DNA of 64,000 bases from assembly GCF_009914755.1 (NCBI RefSeq), contig NC_060946.1; one strand, given 5' to 3'. Made by a program: the position numbers and the translations under genes. Below, in pieces: positions 54,401-64,000 of this stretch (positions are counted from its first letter, which is position 1; each line of letters opens with the position of its first letter). The notes beneath the pieces are model-generated. The model did no database searches. It was not told where the DNA came from and saw nothing but the letters and a program-made list of their open reading frames with translations. The stretch comes from the human T2T-CHM13v2.0 reference genome, Homo sapiens.

Positions 54401-56080
54401 GTTAGGCCTAAAGGAGCTTTGTGACATATCTCTGTACTGATCACTTAGGTGATGTAACACTTTTATAATCACTTCCTACAGGGAATTTTGACAAATCTCT
54501 GCTCTGATCACCTAGGTGATGTAACACTTGTCTCCCCTCTGTCCAACGGGGCATTGTGAAATATCTCTGCACTGATCACCGAGGTGATTCAACTCTTGAC
54601 TAGGAACTGCCTACAGAGGTTATTGTGAAATATCTCTGCACTGATAAACTAGGTGGTGTAAACCTTGTCCAAGCGCTGCCTACAGGGGTGTGTCCACATA
54701 TCCCTGAACTGATGACAAAGGTGATGTAACTCTGGCCTAGGCTTTGCCTACAGGGTACATTGGACATATATCTGCACTGATCACCCAGGTGATGCAACTC
54801 TTGCCTAGGCTTTGCCTACAGGGGACATTGTGACATATCTCTTCAATGATCACTCATGTGATGCATCTCTTGCCTAGGCTTTGCCTACAGGGGACATTGT
54901 GACATATCTCTGCACTGATCTCCCAGGTGCTGTAACTTTAGTCTAGGCTCTGGCTACACGGCATTGTGACATATCACTGCACTGATCAACCAGGTGATAT
55001 AACTCTTGTATAGGCTCTGCCTACAGGGGAATTGTGACCTACCCCTGCACTGATCACCCAGGTGATATAACTCTTCTCTAGGATCTGCCTACAGGGTACT
55101 TTGTGACATATCCCTGCACTGATCACCCAGGTGATCTATCTCTGGTCTAAGCTCTGCCTAAAGGGGCATTGTGACAGATCTCTGCACTGATCACTCAGGT
55201 GATGTACGTATTGTCTAGGCTCTGCTTAAAGGGGCCTTGTCACATATCTCTGCACTGATCACCCAGGTGATGTTACTCTTGTATAGACTCTGCTTCCAGG
55301 GCATATTGTGACATATCTATGCACTGATCACCTTAGTGATGTAACACTTTGGTAGGCTCGGCCTACAGGGGAATCTTGACATATCTCTGCACTGTTAACC
55401 GAGGTTTTTTAACTCTTGTCTAGGCTGTGCCCACAGGGGGATTGAGACATATCTCTGCACTGATCCCGAGGTGATACAACTCTTGCCTGCTCTCTGCCTA
55501 CTGTGGACATTGTGACATATCTCTGCACTGATCTCCCAGGTGCTGTAACTTTAGTCTAGGCTCTGGCTACACGGCATTGTGACATATCACTGCACTGATC
55601 ACCCAGGCGATATAACTGTTCTCTAGGATCTGACCACAGGGTGCTTTGTGACATATCCGTGCAATGATCACCCAGGTGATATACCACTTGCCAAGGCTCT
55701 GCCTACAGGGGCATTGCAATGTATCTCTGCACTGATCACCTAGGTCTTGTAGCTATTTTCTAGGATCTGCCTACAGGGTGCTTTGTGACGTGTCCCAGCA
55801 AGGATTACCCAGGTGATGTACCTCTCATCAAGGCTCTGCCTACAGGCACATTGTGATGTATCTCTGCACTGATCACCTAGGTCATGTAACTTTTTTCTAG
55901 GCTCTACCTACGATGGCATTGTGACATATCTCTGCACTAATCATCCAAGTGATGTAACTCTTGTCTAGGATGTGCCTAAATTAACTTTTTGACATAACCC
56001 TGTACTGATCATCCAGGTGATGGAGCTTTTGTCTAGGCTCTGCCTAAGGGGGCATTGTGACATATTTCTGCATTGATCAC
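48450..56080. repeat. Super-HOR: two tandem copies of a different 3812-bp two-HOR unit, (CD)2; ends approximate
   Basis: C-type variants: GATCAGCCAGGTGGCGAACC, AAAGTAGGTGGTGTAAAAC, CATCGTGATAT. D-type variants: GCGCTGCCTACAGGGGTGTG, GATGTACGTA, GAGGTTTTTTAA. Identical ORFs at 48882/52694, 50393/54205 and 50788/54600. Confidence 0.87.
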
Positions 56081-59000
56081 CCAGGTGACGAAGTCTTCTC
56101 TCGGATCTGCCTATGGGGGCATTGTGAGAAATCTCTGCACGGATCACCCAGGTGATGTAACACTTGTGTAACCTCTGCCTACAGGGGAATTGTGTGAGAT
56201 CTCGTCACTCATTACCCAAGTGATGTAACCATTGTCTAGGCTTTGCGTACAGGGGGCTTTGTGACATAACTTTGCACTGATCACCCAGGTGATGTAACAC
56301 ATCAAAGTTCGGCCTAAAGGAGCTTTGTGACATATCTCTGCACTGATCACTTAGGTGATGTAACACTTTTATAATCACTGCCTACAGGGAATTTTGACAA
56401 ATCTCTGCACTGATCACCTAGGTGATGTAACTCTTGTCTACCCTCTGTCCAACTGGGCATTGTGAAATATCTCTGCACTGATCACCCAGGTGATTCAACT
56501 CTTGACTAGGAACTGCCTACAGAGGTTATTGTGAAATATCTCTGCACTGATAAACTAGGTGGTGTAAACCTTGTCCAAGCTCTGCCTACTGGGGCGTTTC
56601 CACATATCCCTGAACTGATGACCGAGGTGATGTAACACTTGCCTAGGCTTTGCCTACAGGGAACATTGGACATATATCTGCACTGATCACCCAGGTGATG
56701 CAACTCTTGCCTTGGCTTTGCCTACAGGGGACATTGTGACATATCTCTTCAATGATCAATCATGTGATGCATCTCTTGCCTAGGCTTTGCCTACAGGGGA
56801 CATTGTGACATATCTCTGCACTGATCTCCCAGGTGCTTTAACTTTAGTCTAGGCTCTGGCTACACGGCATTGTGACATATCACTGCACTGATCAACCAGG
56901 TGATATAACTCTTGTATAGGCTCTGCCTACAGGGGGATTGTGACCTACCTCTGCACTGATCACCCAGGTGATATAACTCTTCTCTAGGATCTTCCTACAG
57001 TGTACTTTGTGACATATCCCTGCACTGATCACCCAGGTGATCTATCTCTGGTCTAAGCTCTGCCTAAAGGGGCATTGTGACAGATCTCTGCACTGATCAC
57101 TCAGGTGATGTAAGTATTGTCTAGGCTCTGCTTCAAGGGGCCTTGTCACATATCTCTGCACTGATCACCCAGGTGATGTAACTCTTGTCTAGGCTCTGCT
57201 TCCAGGGCATATTGTGACATATCTATGCACTGATCACCTTAGTGATGTAACACTTTGGTAGGCTCGGCTTACACGGGAATCTTGACATATATCTGCACTG
57301 TTAACCGAGGTGATTTAACTCTTGTCTAGGCTGTGCCCACAGGGGGATTGAGACATATCTCTGCACTGATCCCGAGGTGATACAACTCTTGCCTGGTCTC
57401 TGCCTACTGTGGACATTGTGACATATCTCTGCACTGATCTCTCAGGTGCTGTAACTTTAGTCTAGGCTCTGGCTACACGGCATTGTGACATATCACTGCA
57501 CTGATCAACCAGGTGATATAACTCTTGTATAGGCTCTGCCTACAGGGGGATTGTGACCTACCACTGCACTGATCACCCAGGTGATATAACTCTTCTCTAG
57601 GATCTGCCTACAGGGTACTTTGTGACATATCCCTGCACTGATCACCCAGGTGATCTAACTCTGGTCTAAGCTCTGCCTAAAGGGGCATTGTGACAGATCT
57701 CTGCACTGATCACTCTGGTGATGAAAGTTTTGTCTAGGCTCTGCTTCAAGGGGCCTTGTCACATATCTCTGCACTGATCACCCAGGTGATGTAACTCTTG
57801 TCTAGGCTCTGCTTCCAGGGCATATTGTGACATATCTATGCACTGATCACCTTAGTGATGTAACACTTTGGTAGGCTCGGCCTACAGGGGAATCTTGACA
57901 TACCTCTGCACTGTTAACCGCGGTGATTTTACTCTTGTCTAGGCTGTGCCCACAGGGGGATTGAGACATATCTCTGCACTGATCCCGAGGTGATACAATT
58001 CTTGCCTGGTCTCTGCCTACTGTGGACATTGGGACATATCGCTGCACTGATCTCCCAGGTGCTGTAACTTTAGTCTAGGCTCTGGCTACACGGCATTGTG
58101 ACATATCACTGCACTGATCACCCAGGCGATATAACTCTTCTCTAGGATCTGACCACAGGGTGCTTTGTGACATATCCCTGCAATGATCACCCAGGTGATA
58201 TACCACTTGCCAAGGCTCTGCCTACAGGGGCATTGCAATGTATCTCTGCACTGATCACCTAGGTCTTGTAGCTATTTTCTAGGATCTGCCTACAGGGTGC
58301 TTTGTGACGTGTCCCAGCAAGGATTACCCAGGTGATGTAACTCTCATCAAGGCTCTGCCTACAGGCACATTGTGATGTATCTCTGCACTGATCACCTAGG
58401 TCATGTAAATTTTGTCTAGGCTCTACCTACGATGGCATTGTGACATATCTCTGCACTAATCATCCAAGTGATGTAACTCTTGTCTAGGATGTGCCTAAAT
58501 TAACTTTTTGACATAACCCTGTACTGATCATCCAGGTGATGGAGCTTTTGTCTAGGCTCTGCCTAAGGGGGCATTGTGACATATTTCTGCATTGATCACC
58601 CAGGTGGCGAACTCTTCTCTCGGATCTGCCTATGGGGGCATTGTGAGAAATCTCTGCACTGATAACCCAGGTGATGTAACTGTTGTGTAAGCTCTGCCTA
58701 CAGGGGAATTGTGAGAGATCTCGTCACTGATTACACAAGTGATGTAACCGTTGTCTAGGCTTTGCATACAGGGGGCTTTGTGACATACCTTTGCACTGAT
58801 CACCCAGGTGATGTAACACATCTAAGTTAGGCCTAAAGGAGCTTTGTGACATATCTCTGTACTGATCACTTAGGTGATGTAACACTTTTATAATCACTTC
58901 CTACAGGGAATTTTGACAAATCTCTGCTCTGATCACCTAGGTGATGTAACACTTGTCTCCCCTCTGTCCAACGGGGCATTGTGAAATATCTCTGCACTGA

Positions 59001-61930
59001 TCACCGAGGTGATTCAACTCTTGACTAGGAACTGCCTACAGAGGTTATTGTGAAATATCTCTGCACTGATAAACTAGGTGGTGTAAACCTTGTCCAAGCG
59101 CTGCCTACAGGGGTGTGTCCACATATCCCTGAACTGATGACAAAGGTGATGTAACTCTGGCCTAGGCTTTGCCTACAGGGTACATTGGACATATATCTGC
59201 ACTGATCACCCAGGTGATGCAACTCTTGCCTAGGCTTTGCCTACAGGGGACATTGTGACATATCTCTTCAATGATCACTCATGTGATGCATCTCTTGCCT
59301 AGGCTTTGCCTACAGGGGACATTGTGACATATCTCTGCACTGATCTCCCAGGTGCTGTAACTTTAGTCTAGGCTCTGGCTACACGGCATTGTGACATATC
59401 ACTGCACTGATCAACCAGGTGATATAACTCTTGTATAGGCTCTGCCTACAGGGGAATTGTGACCTACCCCTGCACTGATCACCCAGGTGATATAACTCTT
59501 CTCTAGGATCTGCCTACAGGGTACTTTGTGACATATCCCTGCACTGATCACCCAGGTGATCTATCTCTGGTCTAAGCTCTGCCTAAAGGGGCATTGTGAC
59601 AGATCTCTGCACTGATCACTCAGGTGATGTACGTATTGTCTACGCTCTGCTTAAAGGGGCCTTGTCACATATCTCTGCACTGATCACCCAGGTGATGTTA
59701 CTCTTGTATTGACTCTGCTTCCAGGGCATATTGTGACATATCTATGCACTGATCACCTTAGTGATGTAACACTTTGGTAGGCTCGGCCTACAGGGGAATC
59801 TTGACATATCTCTGCACTGTTAACCGAGGTTTTTTAACTCTTGTCTAGGCTGTGCCCACAGGGGGATTGAGACATATCTCTGCACTGATCCCGAGGTGAT
59901 ACAACTCTTGCCTGCTCTCTGCCTACTGTGGACATTGTGACATATCTCTGCACTGATCTCCCAGGTGCTGTAACTTTAGTCTAGGCTCTGGCTACACGGC
60001 ATTGTGACATATCACTGCACTGATCACCCAGGCGATATAACTGTTCTCTAGGATCTGACCACAGGGTGCTTTGTGACATATCCGTGCAATGATCACCCAG
60101 GTGATATACCACTTGCCAAGGCTCTGCCTACAGGGGCATTGCAATGTATCTCTGCACTGATCACCTAGGTCTTGTAGCTATTTTCTAGGATCTGCCTACA
60201 GGGTGCTTTGTGACGTGTCCCAGCAAGGATTACCCAGGTGATGTACCTCTCATCAAGGCTCTGCCTACAGGCACATTGTGATGTATCTCTGCACTGATCA
60301 CCTAGGTCATGTAACTTTTTTCTAGGCTCTACCTACGATGGCATTGTGACATATCTCTGCACTAATCATCCAAGTGATGTAACTCTTGTCTAGGATGTGC
60401 CTAAATTAACTTTTTGACATAACCCTGTACTGATCATCCAGGTGATGGAGCTTTTGTCTAGGCTCTGCCTAAGGGGGCATTGTGACATATTTCTGCATTG
60501 ATCACCCAGGTGACGAAGTCTTCTCTCGGATCTGCCTATGGGGGCATTGTGAGAAATCTCTGCACGGATCACCCAGGTGATGTAACACTTGTGTAACCTC
60601 TGCCTACAGGGGAATTGTGAGAGATCTCGTCACTCATTACCCAAGTGATGTAACCATTGTCTAGGCTTTGCGTACAGGGGGCTTTGTGACATAACTTTGC
60701 ACTGATCACCCAGGTGATGTAACACATCAAAGTTCGGCCTAAAGGAGCTTTGTGACATATCTCTGCACTGATCACTTAGGTGATGTAACACTTTTATAAT
60801 CACTGCCTACAGGGAATTTTGACAAATCTCTGCACTGATCACCTAGGTGATGTAACTCTTGTCTACCCTCTGTCCAACTGGGCATTGTGAAATATCTCTG
60901 CACTGATCACCCAGGTGATTCAACTCTTGACTAGGAAATGCCTACAGAGGTTATTGTGAAATATCTCTGCACTGATAAACTAGGTGGTGTAAACCTTGTC
61001 CAAGCTCTGCCTACTGGGGCGTTTCCACATATCCCTGAACTGATGACCGAGGTGATGTAACACTTGCCTAGGCTTTGCCTACAGGGAACATTGGACATAT
61101 ATCTGCACTGATCACCCAGGTGATGCAACTCTTGCCTTGGCTTTGCCTACAGGGGACATTGTGACATATCTCTTCAATGATCAATCATGTGATGCATCTC
61201 TTGCCTAGGCTTTGCCTACAGGGGACATTGTGACATATCTCTGCACTGATCTCCCAGGTGCTTTAACTTTAGTCTAGGCTCTGGCTACACGGCATTGTGA
61301 CATATCACTGCACTGATCAACCAGGTGATATAACTCTTGTATAGGCTCTGCCTACAGGGGGATTGTGACCTACCTCTGCACTGATCACCCAGGTGATATA
61401 ACTCTTCTCTAGGATCTTCCTACAGTGTACTTTGTGACATATCCCTGCACTGATCACCCAGGTGATCTATCTCTGGTCTAAGCTCTGCCTAAAGGGGCAT
61501 TGTGACAGATCTCTGCACTGATCACTCAGGTGATGTAAGTATTGTCTAGGCTCTGCTTCAAGGGGCCTTGTCACATATCTCTGCACTGATCACCCAGGTG
61601 ATGTAACTCTTGTCTAGGCTCTGCTTCCAGGGCATATTGTGACATATCTATGCACTGATCACCTTAGTGATGTAACACTTTGGTAGGCTCGGCTTACACG
61701 GGAATCTTGACATATATCTGCACTGTTAACCGAGGTGATTTAACTCTTGTCTAGGCTGTGCCCACAGGGGGATTGAGACATATCTCTGCACTGATCCCGA
61801 GGTGATACAACTCTTGCCTGGTCTCTGCCTACTGTGGACATTGTGACATATCTCTGCACTGATCTCTCAGGTGCTGTAACTTTAGTCTAGGCTCTGGCTA
61901 CACGGCATTGTGACATATCACTGCACTGAT
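53011..61930. repeat. 4425-bp (65-monomer) tandem duplication, ~53011-57435 and ~57436-61860
   Basis: ORF pairs 53422/57847, 54205/58630, 54600/59025, 55965/60390 and 56506/60931 are all offset by 4425. The private variant GATCTCTCAGG occurs at 57436 and 61861. Confidence 0.9.
55965..58483. repeat. 37-monomer HOR variant (2519 bp = 28-mer + 613-bp 9-mer)
   Basis: Landmark spacing 2519. The GATCTC(C/T)CAGGTGCT monomer occurs three times, at 56823, 57436 and 58049, each 613 bp apart. Confidence 0.92.
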
Positions 61931-64000
61931 CACCCAGGCGATATAACTCTTCTCTAGGATCTGACCACAGGGTGCTTTGTGACATATCCCTGCAATGATC
62001 ACCCAGGTGATATACCACTTGCCAAGGCTCTGCCTACAGGGGCATTGCAATGTATCTCTGCACTGATCACCTAGGTCTTGTAGCTATTTTCTAGGATCTG
62101 CCTACAGGGTGCTTTGTGACGTGTCCCAGCAAGGATTACCCAGGTGATGTAACTCTCATCAAGGCTCTGCCTACAGGCACATTGTGATGTATCTCTGCAC
62201 TGATCACCTAGGTCATGTAAATTTTGTCTAGGCTCTACCTACGATGGCATTGTGACATATCTCTGCACTAATCATCCAAGTGATGTAACTCTTGTCTAGG
62301 ATGTGCCTAAATTAACTTTTTGACATAACCCTGTACTGATCATCCAGGTGATGGAGCTTTTGTCTAGGCTCTGCCTAAGGGGGCATTGTGACATATTTCT
62401 GCATTGATCACCCAGGTGGCGAACTCTTCTCTCGGATCTGCCTATGGGGGCATTGTGAGAAATCTCTGCACTGATAACCCAGGTGATGTAACTGTTGTGT
62501 AAGCTCTGCCTACAGGGGAATTGTGAGAGATCTCGTCACTGATTACACAAGTGATGTAACCGTTGTCTAGGCTTTGCATACAGGGGGCTTTGTGACATAC
62601 CTTTGCACTGATCACCCAGGTGATGTAACACATCTAAGTTAGGCCTAAAGGAGCTTTGTGACATATCTCTGTACTGATCACTTAGGTGATGTAACACTTT
62701 TATAATCACTTCCTACAGGGAATTTTGACAAATCTCTGCTCTGATCACCTAGGTGATGTAACACTTGTCTCCCCTCTGTCCAACGGGGCATTGTGAAATA
62801 TCTCTGCACTGATCACCGAGGTGATTCAACTCTTGACTAGGAACTGCCTACAGAGGTTATTGTGAAATATCTCTGCACTGATAAACTAGGTGGTGTAAAC
62901 CTTGTCCAAGCGCTGCCTACAGGGGTGTGTCCACATATCCCTGAACTGATGACAAAGGTGATGTAACTCTGGCCTAGGCTTTGCCTACAGGGTACATTGG
63001 ACATATATCTGCACTGATCACCCAGGTGATGCAACTCTTGCCTAGGCTTTGCCTACAGGGGACATTGTGACATATCTCTTCAATGATCACTCATGTGATG
63101 CATCTCTTGCCTAGGCTTTGCCTACAGGGGACATTGTGACATATCTCTGCACTGATCTCCCAGGTGCTGTAACTTTAGTCTAGGCTCTGGCTACACGGCA
63201 TTGTGACATATCACTGCACTGATCAACCAGGTGATATAACTCTTGTATAGGCTCTGCCTACAGGGGAATTGTGACCTACCCCTGCACTGATCACCCAGGT
63301 GATATAACTCTTCTCTAGGATCTGCCTACAGGGTACTTTGTGACATATCCCTGCACTGATCACCCAGGTGATCTATCTCTGGTCTAAGCTCTGCCTAAAG
63401 GGGCATTGTGACAGATCTCTGCACTGATCACTCAGGTGATGTACGTATTGTCTACGCTCTGCTTAAAGGGGCCTTGTCACATATCTCTGCACTGATCACC
63501 CAGGTGATGTTACTCTTGTATAGACTCTGCTTCCAGGGCATATTGTGACATATCTATGCACTGATCACCTTAGTGATGTAACACTTTGGTAGGCTCGGCC
63601 TACAGGGGAATCTTGACATATCTCTGCACTGTTAACCGAGGTTTTTTAACTCTTGTCTAGGCTGTGCCCACAGGGGGATTGAGACATATCTCTGCACTGA
63701 TCCCGAGGTGATACAACTCTTGCCTGCTCTCTGCCTACTGTGGACATTGTGACATATCTCTGCACTGATCTCCCAGGTGCTGTAACTTTAGTCTAGGCTC
63801 TGGCTACACGGCATTGTGACATATCACTGCACTGATCACCCAGGCGATATAACTGTTCTCTAGGATCTGACCACAGGGTGCTTTGTGACATATCCGTGCA
63901 ATGATCACCCAGGTGATATACCACTTGCCAAGGCTCTGCCTACAGGGGCATTGCAATGTATCTCTGCACTGATCACCTAGGTCTTGTAGCTATTTTCTAG

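Larger units (their letters stand above)
1..64000 (-). repeat. Beta satellite (68-bp Sau3A / BSR-Beta) tandem array, ~940 monomers, running off both window ends
   Basis: + strand monomer consensus GATCACCCAGGTGATGTAACTCTTGTCTAGGCTCTGCCTACAGGGGCATTGTGACATATCTCTGCACT (68 bp, one GATC) recurs head-to-tail throughout. It is the reverse complement of the human beta-satellite consensus as I recall it. No non-satellite sequence or inversion seen. Confidence 0.97.
27450..64000. repeat. HOR domain dominated by the 28-mer (1904-1906 bp)
   Basis: Landmarks at 27450, 29356, 31262, 33167, 35071, 36908, 38813, 40719, 42624, 44530, 46435, 48341, 50247, 52153, 54059, 55965, 58484, 60390, 62296. Every unit carries the ATCAACC monomer. 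Confidence 0.92.

Noticed and set aside
366-63034. Dozens of recurring 60-137 aa minus-strand ORFs (MISAEISHN..., MHHLGDQCR..., MCYITWVIS...)
   Set aside because: They are translations of the satellite and recur at HOR spacing. They appear and vanish with single substitutions, many use non-ATG starts, and they shift frame each monomer because 68 is not a multiple of 3.
1-64000. CRISPR-like look: conserved palindromic core alternating with more variable sequence at a 68-bp period
   Set aside because: The 'spacers' are homologous to each other and recur in fixed order, there is no leader or cas gene, and the monomer matches primate beta satellite.
1-64000. Interspersed D4Z4/LSau/DUX4-like, Alu, L1 or other satellite sequence often found near beta satellite; strand inversions
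   Set aside because: None seen. All landmark spacings are near-integer multiples of 68 bp, leaving no room for insertions, and the orientation is constant.
1-64000. Assignment to a specific chromosome or species, or to a microbial genome
   Set aside because: There is no unique flanking sequence, so a search is needed. If this came from a microbial dataset, host contamination would be the simplest explanation.

Overview
The whole 64-kb window is one uninterrupted, single-orientation array of primate (human-type) beta satellite (68-bp Sau3A/BSR repeat). The + strand is the reverse complement of the usual GATCAGTGCAGAGATATGTCACAATGCC... consensus, with about 940 monomers. I see no genes, RNA genes, transposons or CRISPR arrays, and the listed ORFs are by-products of the repeat. 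The array is hierarchically organised, like centromeric alpha satellite. Diverged monomers form a well-conserved higher-order repeat (HOR). Spacing of a once-per-HOR landmark gives 33 complete units: 18 x 28-mer (1904-1906 bp), 12 x 27-mer (1837-1838 bp), one independent 27-mer, one 18-mer (1223 bp) and one 37-mer (2519 bp). 27-mers dominate left of ~27.5 kb and 28-mers dominate to the right. The right half also carries two-HOR super-repeats (3811/3812 bp) and a 4425-bp out-of-register duplication whose breakpoint lies in a monomer present twice per HOR. All counts were made by eye from landmark coordinates. Species, chromosome and novelty cannot be established without a search.
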